Assembly: GCF_006345805.1 (NCBI RefSeq)
Contig: NC_043014.1
Coordinates: 18,910,001-18,974,000 of the forward strand
DNA length: 64,000 nt
Source of the DNA: Octopus sinensis
Lineage: Eukaryota
Reading direction: 5' to 3'
Shown: positions 1 to 12,835 of the stretch, one piece after another
Layout of the letters: every line of letters starts with the position of its first letter
How positions within the stretch are numbered: position 1 is the first letter of the stretch
Notes under the pieces: model-generated
Databases searched by the model: none
The model's input: the letters and a program-made list of their open reading frames with translations, nothing else
Told to the model about the DNA's origin: nothing
Made by a program: the position numbers and the translations under genes

Positions 1-989
1 GGATGTCGGGGCATCGGCTGATAACTGAAAAGATGCCGGCGTGGGTTTCGGCCCCGACATCCGAAATTCGAAGTTTTATCATGGCTAACAAATAATTGAA
101 ACTAGAATCAATCAATCAATCAATCATATATATATATATATAACCAATGTTTATATCGAACAAGAAAATATTCAATACAGAATACAGAGTGTATTTATAT
201 TACGTAGATGTTATATTCCTAGCCAAGAGTTTCATGAACTCTATGACAAGTGGTTATCACAAATCGAGAATATGCATACATGTTTGCATACTCGCATACA
301 TATATGTGTATATAAGTATATGTGCGTGTATATGTACGTGTATGTTTGTGTGTGTGTAAATATATGTGCGTACGTGTGAGAGTGTAATAACACTTATATA
401 AATATCTAATATTGATATTAATATTTGTAATCTTTAATTTTCGTTATTTGCCAATAACCAGAGATTCAACGTCTCTGAGACAGATGGCGATTGCAGATTC
501 GAAATACTTACATGCCCACACGCGCGCTCGTGCACTGTGTATATATGTACACGTGTGCGTGCGTTCGTGCGTGCATCTGTGTGGGTATATACATATATAT
601 AAATTTAAATAATAAGGGTGAAAAATTGAATATTAATTTGATTAATATCAATTTAAAACTAGTGGCCAGCATATTGAAAAGCCTGAAGATTCCGAAAAAT
701 TATATTACATACATATAATTATATTACATACATATCCCACGTGTGCGCGTGTGTGCTTGTGTAAGTATGTGTGTTCTATATAGATCTACAGATGTACTTC
801 TTGGGCATATTTTCAATAATGCATCATCGTCATTTGGTGTTTCGTGTCTTATCTCGAGTCACCTGACTGAAGTTGCTTATTGTTATACCCAGATATCCAC
901 TGAATCTAAGTATACAAGACTGGTAATGTGTTCTAGTATTGTATCGATACATGCGTGTAAAACTTATATATACTTAGATAAGTTTCGCT

Positions 990-3900
990 AAGAACTGGCC
1001 CAGGATATGTCTAACTTAATAGTACCACATGGAAAAGATATTTAATAGTGTTTCCTTCTTACAGTCATTCTTTGAATAGCGTTGCCCATTTGAGTAATGA
1101 GTTATTGCTTGCAGAGGTATATCCAAGTGTAGGGGTTTATCTAGAATTTGTTGGAGATATTCCTCCAGGGCCCGTTTGAATGTTATGCAAACTTTTTATT
1201 CTTTTATGTCTCTTGACATGATGTTAAAGAGAGTAAGGCCAGCTGAGGCGAAATAACTCTGTCTTAGTGTTGTGAGGTGACACGGGCGTGATTTTTATAA
1301 AGGACGGACAGCACGGGGACCAAACCTTGGGTGACTTCTAAAGTCGATGCCAATATCATTTGAGCAGTGCTGCTGGAATATTTTGAGCATCATAGAAATG
1401 ATCTAGCGCTTATAGCGGCGTTGGAGGAAATAAAGTTTGAGATTCTGAAGACGATCCCAATAATCAAGACTTGTCATATCGTCTACTTTCCTTTTGCTCG
1501 ATCCCTTGGGTGCTTCATTTTTATATTTTATTTCATATAGGGAGACCACAACTGACAACAATATTTAAGGTGAAGACGGGTGAAAGTGGAACAGCATTGT
1601 TTCTGCAAACAATATTTAAGGTGAAGACGGGTGAAAGTAGAGAAGAGAAAGATAATGGTAGGAGGGTCTCATGACGGAAAAGTCTTCAACGATTCAGGAA
1701 CACGCCCTGCCGGCCATGTCGACTTAGTCGTTTATGTTGACACTCCAGCTTAAGTTGTTGACAGTTACGGCGAGGACCCTAGCTGTGTTTGATGCTACAA
1801 GGTTTTCGCCCGAAGGAAGAGTGTATGATAGTTTAAGTGTAGACTCTTTACTGAAGTAGATTAGTTAAAATTTATTCTCGTTTAGCTACATATAGTGTTT
1901 TCCGCGCATCCATTAACATCGAGTAGATCCGATTAGAGATTAGTTCGATCTCCTGCATTGCCGACAAAATTTCAGAAGCTTAACGGCATCTGCGAATATT
2001 CTAATGTTGCTGATGACGTCAATGATATCATTGATGTAAATAAAAAGGGTTTAGACCCAGTACAATGTCTTGTGGGACGCCACTAATGACTCTTACCGAG
2101 CTTGATCGAACACCATCTATCACCACTTGCTGGGTTCTGTTTACCAGAATTCATTCAATCACTAATGGTTTCCATCGGACTCCAGTGTTCGATAGCTTCT
2201 TCAGCAGGATGCTGTGGTCACTTTGGCTGAAGGCCTTGATGGAGTCCAGATAGATGACAACATGAAGTGAGTTGCTCGAGATCTCACCACTCACAAATAA
2301 TTTGATGATATGAAAGGTAAGTGACATCGGTCCGTAATTCACTGTTAGCAATTTGTTGCCGTTTTGAAAAGTGGAATAATCGACTGGGAAAGGAAATTTT
2401 CAGGAATATAGCTAGCGTCCAGGGATTTCTTCCAGAAAATAGCTAAAGAGAATAGCAATTGATGATGGCACTCCAGGATTGTAGCAGAGAACCTGTCGGA
2501 GCCTGTTGCTAAGTTGTTTGTAATTTTGTTTATAACTACTATGAGATCTGTGGCGCCAAATGATATATTAGAGGGTGTGATGGGGGTTTGTTTCACTGAT
2601 ACTGTCAGGATCGACCATGCTGGGATTGCTGAAAGTGGAACAGCATTGTTTCTGCAAATTCTCAACCATGTTTTCTGTGCGGGCTGTCGTCTTAATACAT
2701 CACAGGTCCAACGGATGATACGGCTTTTTAACGAACGAAAACAATTTGGTATTGACTTTTATTTTCTCAATGGCCCACTTCCACCTGCTATTCTTTGACT
2801 ATCAATGATAGCCCTTATGCAGTTTTGTTTCTTCGATTCCAATAAGGTTATATCTGTCAAGTGCGAGCGTTGCAGTTGATAATATTCTAGCCGGTTTGTT
2901 TTTCAGTTAGTCATTATTATTATATATGCTCTTCTGTTATTGGTATCCCGTGTTTAGTTTTGCTCTTGGTCCGTAGTGAAGTGTGGTGTGGACGTATACC
3001 TGTGACAAGATTAAAAAAATAGCTGCCAGGATGTATTGATACGACTTGGAGTGAGAGAGAGAGAGACAGACAGATAGAGAGAGCTCTTTTCAAGGAATAA
3101 GTAGACTAGTCAATCATTATTAAAATATTATAAGAGAATGGAAGGCTTAGTATTTATGAGGTGATATTTGAAATATGGTAATGGTGCTTCGGATGGACTG
3201 TAGACCACAATCATTGCTATATCATTAGTTTTGCTATACATAGATTCACTACAACCATTGGAGAAAGAGACATTTGTATCTGCAGCAAATGAGTCGTGAA
3301 GAAAAATAGCAACTCCTCCCTTTGTTTTACCGGTGAACAGTGCTTGAACAGTGGTGTAATTCCTCTCTTTTATTTCAGTTTACGAGTGATGGTAAGGTGA
3401 GTCTCAGTAAGACCGAAGAATGGAATATGATGAAGATAATCGGTAACCCGAAGTTGAATGACTAAACCTTCTGTATATTTTAGTTGAAAAATGGACTGAT
3501 GCTTTGTGCATTCAGCAAAAAACGTTGAGACTGGAGTGGTGCTCAAAAGATTCTTATGGCTTATTGGCAGCGAGGAAGGTAGTTTCTGTACAGGAGTAAT
3601 GTCAGGGGCTGGTTTTGTGTGATAGCTTAGATACTTATCTAAATTTGTTTTGCAAGGTTACGCATGAATGAAAACAAAACAATTTATCTTGCTAGGGAGA
3701 ATTTAGCAGCTGAAGTTGTGGTTACACTGACAGTTCTGTTCATTGTTTGATTTGTTAAATGGTCATACTAAATGTTCTCTAGTTTCCCGAGTTGGTGGCA
3801 AAATTTGTGTTGAGGCCGTTGACTTTGTTTTGTTTTTGCTTTGGCTGGGTGCGGTCTTGATACCTGAGTTGAGGGAAAAGCACATGCTGGTATTTCTGCA

Positions 3901-5080
3901 AAAGGGTGTGTTTTATGGAGACTTTGAGGATGGAGGAATATGTTGATAACAATGATACGTCGAGTCCCGTGCAGATGCGCAAACATACACTTTTAATGTA
4001 GACATAATCCCCAGTTGTGGTTGCAGATTTTAGGATTACAAATTGATTTAGATTTTGGTGTTGGTGCAGTTATAGCAAAAATGCTATGTTTGGAGTTGTT
4101 TTTATTCATTAGGGTCTTGCACCTGGTAGATGAGGGAAATTGCACACACGGTATATGCGCAGTCTCGCGCATAAAGAGTTGCTGCATATTTTAGCATTTT
4201 ATTGTAGACGCGTGGGTCCCTAAAGGGACAGTGGATTGTAAATAGTTTTAAGTTTAAATTTGTTTGACTTTGAACACATAGGAGTGGTGGAGAAGGAGAA
4301 AGAAGGTGTGGTTGAGGTTGGACACCAGCAGATGTAGTAGTAGAGGCAGGGGTGGTGGGTGAGGGAGAAAGGCGTGTTTGAGATTGGTTAAAAGCAGGAG
4401 TAGAAGTGGAAGGAGGAGGAGAAGAAGAAGAGAAGAAGAAGAAGAAGAAGAAGAAAAGAAGAATAGAGGAAGGAGGAGAAAGAAGAAGGAGAAGAAGAAG
4501 AAGAAAGGGAGGATAGAAGAAAAGAAGAAGAAGAAGAAGAAGAGAAGAAGAAGAAGAAGAAGAAGAAGAGAAGAAGAAGAGCAAGAAGAAGAAGAAGAAG
4601 AAGAACGAGAGACGCGAGTTAGACGATGTCAATGATGATGGTGTTCAGTCTTTTGTTGTATGGTGGTTTAGAGAACTTGCTGCTGCAGTTGTCCTTATTG
4701 CTGTGGTAGTTGCCGTGGTAGCTGTTTTTTTTGTGGTTATTATAGTTTGTTTTATTTTCCTTACTGCTGCTCATCTTGGGTTGCGCTTATTGAAAAAAAT
4801 TTGAACGAGTTTATCCACGTGATTCATTGTGGTACGATATACAATAGTAATTTGCTTCAGTTTGTTTTGAAGTTGTCTCTATTTTCGGCTACTAAAAAGG
4901 CGAACAACCCCTTTAGCAAGGAGATTTATGCGTGAAGCAGGGATGTTGTCGTTCTGAGAAAGAATAAAACATGCGTTGATAAGAATGTCGATTGTGGACG
5001 AGCTGTGTGGGCATTGTGGCGTTTCTTCGCTTTTCTACTGTACATACCATAAGTATTGATTATCGTATTAGAATAATAAT
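990..5080 (-). mobile_element. Decayed CR1/L2-group non-LTR retrotransposon (ORF1 remnant plus APE-RT ORF2, many stops and frameshifts)
   Basis: Minus-strand RT motifs: YLDSIKAFSQSDHSILLKKL (ORF 2151..2351, DFxKAFD-like), SGVPQDIVLG near 2055-2085, IFADA near 1985-2000, and ATGSDRF...IIPLFK (ORF 2345..2665). Endonuclease-like LTETHL near 3395-3415. Cys/His-rich ORF1-like pieces at 3770-4230. Both ends are approximate. Confidence 0.85.
4400..4605 (+). repeat. (GAA)n/(GGA)n purine microsatellite inside the LINE ORF1 region
   Basis: About 200 bp of GAA-dominated repeats, seen directly. It explains the poly-K/R/E and poly-F/S/L ORFs. Confidence 0.95.
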
Positions 5081-5575
5081 CCAATCATATAGCAATATTC
5101 ATTGGTAGTGAGCACACAAGTAATATATATATATATTATATGCTATATATGCATTATACAATACTCATAAGTACAAATATGAAAATAAAACTACTTACAT
5201 ATAAGCATTTAGTTAATTTTGCTGTTGTTGATATTCGGTGAAAATGGTTGAAGATGTCATATCGAGCAAATACTTGGTGCGTATTTAATAGCAGAAAATG
5301 CTTTTGGTACGGGTTGGCTAAATTCCTTATAAGTGTATAGAATGGACACGTGACGAAAGAAATTCAAACGAGTTACTAGGGCGTTAAAGTTAGTGAGTAT
5401 GTGAACTGCAGTTCTGCATATTACGGAACATTAGGCGATCACGACAAGCGATAACTGGCAATTATATATATGTATATATATATAATTTCAACAATTGAGG
5501 GTAAAATTAATTAATTAATCAATTTCACCAAGTATTCAGTATGCAAAGGGACCATTTAAGGCGAATTCAAATTAT

Positions 5576-5864
5576 TACATTATATAAAAGGGCTTAGTAA
5601 AATAAATTACTTTGCCGCATACTGAACTCATTAGAAATAGCAGGTAAAAAAACTTTTTTAAAACTATTTCTAATACTTAAAGAAAACCTCTCTCATATAG
5701 TGTTTGCTCAATTCAACTGCGTGAGTTGAATTGAGCAAACACTATATGAGAGAGGTTTTCTTTAAGTATTAGAAATAGTTTTAAAAAAGTTTTTTAGCTG
5801 CTATTTCTAATGAGTTCAGTATGCGCAAAGTAATTTATTTTACTAAGCCCTTTCATATAATGTA
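5576..5864. repeat. Long near-perfect palindrome (about 140-bp arms, 5-nt loop GCGTG at 5719-5723)
   Basis: The left arm ...CTCAATTCAACT is the reverse complement of the right arm AGTTGAATTGAG... out to TACAT/ATGTA, with only a few mismatches or indels. Confidence 0.95.
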
Positions 5865-5880
5865 TATATATATATATATA

Positions 5881-6033
5881 TAAATAGAGTTGAACGAAGA
5901 TGTTAACAAAATTCCTTTACTCTCGACATATGTTTCGAAGACAACATGGTTTTATTCCAAAGGAATAAACGGTGCAAGATGCATATGTCGAGAGTAAAGG
6001 AATTTTGTTAACATCTTCGTTCAACTCCATTTA
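5881..6033. repeat. Inverted repeat with 52-bp arms and a 49-bp spacer
   Basis: TAAATAGAGTTGAACG...CTCTCGACATATG (5881-5932) pairs with CATATGTCGAGAG...CGTTCAACTCCATTTA (5982-6033), one mismatch. Confidence 0.95.
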
Positions 6034-6200
6034 TTTATATAAAACACACAAATTTCTGCACATGAACCCGGAGTTTCTACTCTTGGACAGGTCACTTCAA
6101 CCGTGTTTCTGACGTGAATTTGCTACCCTGGTATCGGTTCATCGAATTTTCCATGTTGACGGTAAACATAGGATAATTCATTCACCTATCGATATATATA

Positions 6201-7488
6201 CGAGGGGCGTTCAATAAGTAATGCCCCTGACCCACTTCCCATAGCAGTAGAGCAACGAAACTTGGCACAGTTATTAGTCTTTTTCTACATAGCAACCGCC
6301 CAGAGTTACGCATTTCTCCCATTGTTTGATGCAGCTCTGAAAACCGTTTTGTAGAAGACCCCAGCTTGGTCCTCCAACCTGAACGTGACTTCAGAAATCA
6401 AGGCTGCATCATCTGGGAAACGCTTTCCTTTCAAAAACAACTTCATGACTGGGAAGAGGTGAAAATCAGAGGGTGCAAGGTCAGGAAAGTAGGGGGATGG
6501 GGAGGAGTTCATAGCCATACGCCTGTGCTTCTGATCTGGCGACAAGCGAGTTGTGGACCGGAGCGTTCTCCTGCATGAGGAGGATGCCTTTGCTGATCTT
6601 GCCCCGCCTCTTGATTTTGATAACTTCTCTTAATTTCCTCAGAAGTGAAGCATAATAGGCTCCTGCAATTGTGGTACCCTTTGCCAGGAAATCTGACATC
6701 ACTACTCCGTCCTGGTCCCAGAAGACTGTGAGCATGACCTTGCCAGCAGAGGGCTGCACCCTTGCCTTCTTTGGAGGGGGTGAGTCACGGTGCTTCCACT
6801 GCATTGACTGGGCTTTGGTCTCTGGATCATCGTGATGGATCCAGGTTTCATCCTGTGTGATCAGTCTTTTGAAAAATTTTGACTCATCTTCTTGGCACAT
6901 CTCCAAATTCACCCTCGAGCACTCGACGCGTTCTTGCTTCTGGAAAGGCGTGAGCAACCTGGGAATCCATCTGGCAGACACCTTTTGCATATGCAAATGG
7001 TCATGAATGATAGTTTCCACAGACCCGGTACTAATCTTGACCTCATGGGCTATTTGGCGAATAATTATGCGTCGATCTTCCAAAATGGCAGCCTCAACTT
7101 GACGGACATATGCCTCATCAATGGCAGAAGGGGCGACCAGATCTGGGAGCTGTTTCCACAGAGTTCCGACCATGTTTGAATTCACGATGCCAGCGTTTTA
7201 CAAGGTCATATGATGGGGCATCATCACCATAAATTACTTTTATTTCATCATAAGTCTCCCGTGGTGTGCGTCCTTTCAAATACAAAAAAGGGATCACTGC
7301 TCGACACTCAACAGGCTCCATTTCACACTTGACTCGGTTCAAACACCTGTAAATCAGAAACCACAATTAATTCAGAGCTGTAATTTGCCAGTCACTCTAT
7401 AGAGATATAAATGATTGCACATGCAAAATTTCAGCTAGATCAAACAACTGCAAGTGGGTCAGAGGCATTACTTATTGAACGTCCCTCG
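6201..7488 (-). mobile_element. Full-length mariner (DD34D type, irritans/Hsmar2-like) DNA transposon
   Basis: TIRs of about 37 bp (CGAGGGGCGTTCAATAAGTAATGCCCCTGACCCACTT and its near-exact reverse complement), TA on both sides, 1288 bp long, transposase inside. Confidence 0.95.
6274..7321 (-). pseudogene. Frameshifted mariner transposase
   Basis: MEPVECRAVI... start (ORF 7118..7366), then WIPRLL, TQDETW and QENAPVH (second catalytic D changed to E) in ORF 6481..7185, YFPDLAPSDFHLF in ORF 6306..6545, and C-terminal WEKCVTLGGCYVEKD-stop in another frame. At least three frameshifts. Confidence 0.92.
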
Positions 7489-7491
7489 TAT

Positions 7492-7526
<35 letters not shown>

Positions 7527-7648
7527 TATATAGATATAGATATATTGCTATATACATACATACATACATACATACATACATACATACATACATACATACA
7601 TACATACATACATACATACATAAATACATACATACATGCATACATATA

Positions 7649-8510
7649 GAGGGTGCTGGGAATATATTGTCGTCTAAATAGCGCAAAAATGAAAAGAGTA
7701 CTGACATCAACTGATATATTTACTGACCTTCAACAGATATATTTACCAAAATTACATAAAAGATATTTTGAAATACTAAAGAGTAAATTTATTCAGTAAA
7801 AGAGCGATTGGCTTCAACCATAGCCTCCAGATGACTTTGGAATTCTCTCCAGATGGTGAATGCTGCTATAATCCTCGTCTTCAGTTCATCTTTGGTGTTA
7901 CGAGGAGTTTTGTTGGTCACTCGCTCAACTGCGCCACACACATAATAACCAACGGGGTTGTAGTCTGAGGAGTTAGGTGGCCAGATGATACGGGTGATAT
8001 CGTTGCAGAAATTGTCTGACAGCCATAACTGGGTTCTCCTGGTTGTGTGGCATGCTGCAAAGTCCTGTTGCCAGACGTAGGGTCTCTCAGCAGCTACCCT
8101 CTTAACCCAGGACAGCACTACTTTCCTCTTGCACTTGATGTAGGCCTCGTGTTGAGTCTGAGTCCGTGTGGGAAGATGAATGGATGCATAACGTTGCCAT
8201 CACAAGTGATCACTCCAAACACCATGATGTCTGGATGTTTGATTTTTATCACTCGCGGTACATGTTTTAGTGACACAGTAAGCGAACAGTTGTATTCACC
8301 ATCTGTTCGTATTGGAGTTTCTGGCTCGAATTCCAAGCAGTACAGGACGTCGTTTCCAAATCTCTGGCAGAGTGAATTGCGTCATGGTGGCGTTTTTCGG
8401 ACAGACGGTGCCCAACTGACCCAACTATACTGTGTTGTCAACAAAATCAGAAACAAACAATGCGCATGCGTGAAAATATAAAATGGTGACAATTTACCCA
8501 TCGCACCATG
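7649..8510 (-). mobile_element. Internally deleted Tc1/mariner DD37D (maT/Bmmar1-like) element
   Basis: VWQQDFAACHT...WPPNSSDYNPVGYY with 37 residues between the catalytic positions, MVFGVITCDG motif, degenerate CAGGGTG-type ends flanked by TA. Confidence 0.85.
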
Positions 8511-8739
8511 TATATATATATATAATATATATATATATATAATATATATATATATACAGAGAGAGAAAAGGAGAGAGGATTCAGATGACGATGACGCTGT
8601 TATAATTATTATTCATCTTACATAATTTTGGTAATTAATAATAAATGTGACAAAAACCAATATATCAGTTTATACAAAATGAAAAAGATTTGTGTAAAAG
8701 CCATATAATATTAATTGAAATAATCCATCAACCATTTTA

Positions 8740-9300
8740 TATGCATATAGTAAATATCTAGTTCCCTTAATCTGTCAGTTAACCACCCTGGTGATTCACA
8801 ATTGCTTTAACAGAACTAAGACGACACCTGTCTTCAGAATACGTCTGCTTGAATATGGTTTCTCATTGTTTGACAACTTCCTACTTAATTTATGTCTAAG
8901 ATATATATGGTGTACCCTATGTCATTGCATTTATTTAAACTATATGACGATGTAAGTGAATATTGTATTTATGCCCAGTCTGATGAAATGTTTGCCGTAA
9001 ATTTTCATGTTTTACATAAACCTTTTTTATATTTTGTAGAACCTAACACATTCATTGTTTCAGTCGTTATCTAAACGATTGGAACTGATAAATAAATGCT
9101 ATACGGGCCTCTGCTTCCTTTATTTGTCCACATTTAGACTCTTCGGTGGATGCAATCAACTATTGATGTCTGCATTTTCCTGGACTTCGCATTTTGCAGG
9201 GAATATCTTTTGGGGCATCAAATGTTTAGCGTTTTACAGTCATACTCTGCTTCCCTGACTTCCGCAAGAGTCATGACTGAGGTACAATCCAGGATTTCAT
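8740..9300 (-). mobile_element. Heavily decayed Tc1-like transposase fragment
   Basis: Minus-strand reading RLSSVKAIVNHQGG near 8780-8825 resembles the Tc1 C-terminal RLxAVIxxKGG motif. No TIRs identified and limits are approximate. Confidence 0.35.
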
Positions 9301-9342
9301 AAATTCCTATTCCCTTACAATATGTGTGTCTTTTTGTTTATG

Positions 9343-9386
<44 letters not shown>

Positions 9387-9506
9387 GCACATATATACAT
9401 ATATATAGTGACTCTGAGCCGACCAAAGCCTTGTGAGTAGATTTGGTAGGAGGAAAGTGAAACATACCCATAGTATATATATATACATATATATTAAGCT
9501 TGTTAT

Positions 9507-9542
<36 letters not shown>

Positions 9543-9918
9543 AGCTTGTTGTTAACAAAAGTCGAGATGCGTGGCGTTCTGTTACTCAATATATGAAAAT
9601 GCATTAAATATTACAAATCGTACACGTAGGACATATAAAGAAGGACCGTAATTCTTCATCAGTTATCGTCCGAAAAATATTTATAAAACCCATATACATC
9701 TCACTGTTTTTATGTCTGTGTTTGTCCTTCCCCACCTCACGCCGCTTGACAATCGGTTTTGGTGCATTTACCTCTCTGGTTCGGCAGACAGAACCGATAG
9801 CATTAAGTTCTGCGCACGATTTGTCCAAATAGAACTTTCAAGGCTGTGTCCCAACATGGTCGCTGTGAAATAACTGCAACAAGTAATAGATAAAAGATAT
9901 ATATATATATATATATAT

Positions 9919-10268
9919 ACGAGCAAAGTGCCCCTCGTCCAATGGACGGTGCTGAGTTGTCATGCATTTAAACCAGATTTTCTCAAAACAGCTTGTCCGA
10001 CCGTCCCATAGGCCTTCCCGTTGAGAAACACTGATTTAACCTAAATTTGAGGCACCAGCAAAAGAAGAAATAAAGATAGACTTTTTTCTATTCCAAAGAA
10101 TGCTTTATCGATCGCATTTTCACCTGGAATCGATTTTTGTAATTTTTGCAAGATTTATACTCGCCCTGATACCGTCGGTATCTACATATCAAATTTGAGC
10201 TTAATCAGATGGAGATGCCCGAGATCCTAGAAGACACACACACAGACAGACGGAACGGATTTTATATA
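9919..10268. mobile_element. Helentron/HINE (DINE-1-like) non-autonomous element
   Basis: Starts ACGAGCAAAGTGCCC plus a short GC hairpin CGTCC-AAT-GGACG (9936-9948), has internal CAAATTTGAG, and ends with ACAGACAGACGGA then TTTATATA. Sits in TA repeats. This architecture is typical of the class. Confidence 0.55.
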
Positions 10269-10291
10269 ATCTACCTATCTATCTATCTATC

Positions 10292-10342
<51 letters not shown>

Positions 10343-10355
10343 TATATTATATATA

Positions 10356-10462
<107 letters not shown>

Positions 10463-10826
10463 ATTTATGTATGTATAATTTTATCTTAAATGTTTTCAGC
10501 TATACATAGACGTACATACATACAAACATACGTACGCATATGCATAGATACACTTACACACACACAGAAACACACATATACAGACAATATACACACAAAG
10601 ACATGCACACACACATATTTCAGAGCTACCTTTATTGTTATTAATTTTCCGTTAGCTTGCTCCCTCGATTTCAAAATGTGTGTAACTTTCTGATGATTTG
10701 TAAAGTGGCAGGACGATTTAGCGCCTATTTTCAGCATATAGGCTAGAATTTGTATATGCCCTTAAATACATATATATATAGTTAGCAGTAAGTGAGGAAT
10801 TTCCTGATGCAAATCTTCAAAAGATT

Positions 10827-10904
<78 letters not shown>

Positions 10905-12425
10905 TGTGTGTGTGTATATATATCTGTATGTGTATATGCTTGTATGTACGTTTGTATGTATGTATGTCTACGTATTGCTGGAACCAATCAGATGTTTTAT
11001 CGCAGTAAGAATCGAAATAGTTTTTGCCACATATAGTAGTCGACGTTGTTTTATTGTCAGTCATTAGTCTTTTCATTTTTTATACCCAGTCCGCTAACTG
11101 TCAGATGTTATATAATTGGAACGGCTTATTCACGTTTTTTTTTCCCGATTTTATTTATATAAATTTAACGAACATACAGAAACACGCACACACATTCATC
11201 CACACATACACGTACAAATAAACATGCACGCCTGTTAATTCATAAATATGTCTGTGAATTCATAAATGGGACCTGAAAATGCTTAGAAATCCACATACAC
11301 ACACTTTTATATGTCTCTCAAGTTAAAGAGGAAAAGGATTGTACGTATAATAAAGAACAGAATACAGTTTTAAAATGGAATCTGAAAATGATTTAATTGC
11401 CGTAAAGTCCTACATTGGTATCAACGTTTCCATTCTAACACCTTTCTTCTAAGGTGGATAGAAGGAAATACCTTATGGTTCGAATGTTTGCATCTAAGTA
11501 AAACATTATATATATGTGCGAGGCTGTCTTGTGCTGCGCTTTATTGTATTTGTAGCATATGTAATTTGTGTCCTTTGTCGTTTACTTATTTTATTCATTG
11601 AACTAAAGCCATGATGGGGCAACTCCTTAAAGAGTTTTAATCTAACAAACAGAACCCAGTGATTATATTTGCTTCTTTTTGTTGTTTTTCATTTTGGTAC
11701 TTATTCTATCGGTCTCACCCTATGCTACGGTGGCGTAAACAGACCGACACCAGCAGTCAAGCAGTAGGGATGAGAATAGTGAAGATAGAAACAACTTATT
11801 ATCATACATTTATGTAGCGGGAATCTGGTACATCGCTACACGATAATTCTTATATACAGCTAAATGACATAGAAAAGAGTATTACTTGAAATCCTACTGG
11901 CCATGGTACCCGCCCATAGTATCAATGCAAGAATCGATAGATCAAGATATAAATATCTTCAATAGATTTGATTAATTCATATACTTTATCGTGTGTTATG
12001 TAATTATCTACATATTCGATATATTGAGCTTTTGAAATTAGATATAACTGACGTGATTTATGTTTTCTCACGTACCTCTAAGTCACTACATTATTGGTCC
12101 TGGTTACACACATATGATGATAGGACCTCCATCGGAAATTTTATTGGTTCGCATCTGGTTCGTATCTGGCTACTGACGTAGCCTAAAATCAGTAAATAAC
12201 CCAATTCTTCTAATTCTAAATCCATATACCGTATCGTGTTCTGGTTAAATAAAGTAACTAGATGTGAATACAGCCTGCAGTATATCAGAGCACACTGTAC
12301 CAGCGCACTTAACTCTAAACATTCCGGGGTCCACATAAGATTTTGTTACTAAAGTTTGATGCGACGAATTGGCTATACTTCTACAATATACAATATACAA
12401 AATATTCCTACAAAATGTTCAACTA

Positions 12426-12590
12426 GGCGCAGGAGTGGTTGTGTGGTAAGTAGCTTGCTTACCAACCACATAGTTTCAGGTTCATTCCCTCTGCGTGGCA
12501 CCTTGGGCAAGTGTCTTCTACTATATCCTCGGGCCGACCAGAGCCTTGTGAGTTGATTTGGTAGACGGAAACTGAAAGAAGGCCGTCGTA

Positions 12591-12643
<53 letters not shown>

Positions 12644-12835
12644 GTGTGTGTGTGTTTGTGTATGTATATATATGTCCCCCCAACATCGCTTGACAACCGA
12701 TGGTGGTGTGGGTACATCCCCGTAACTTAGCGGTTCGGCAAAAGAGACCGATAGAGTAAGTACTAGGATTACTAAAGGCGGTGCTCCAGCATGGCCACAG
12801 TCAAATGACTGAAACAAGTAAATGAGTAAAAGAGT
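12426..12835 (+). mobile_element. tRNA-derived CORE-type SINE (octopus OR-like family B), full length, with an internal microsatellite
   Basis: Head GGCGCAGGAGTGGTTGTGTGGTAAG (A box) and GGTTCATTCCC (B box), CORE-like ACCTTGGGCAAGT, internal (TA)n(TG)n, tail CAGTCAAATGACTGAAACAAGTAAA..AGAG. Many homologues in the window. Confidence 0.9.

Noticed and set aside
4102-4635. 176-aa and 85-aa low-complexity ORFs
   Set aside because: Products of the (GAA)n tract inside a dead LINE, not host genes.
12426-12495. tRNA-like A and B boxes (also at 15750, 41032 and others)
   Set aside because: These are SINE heads with no complete cloverleaf, and they continue into SINE bodies.
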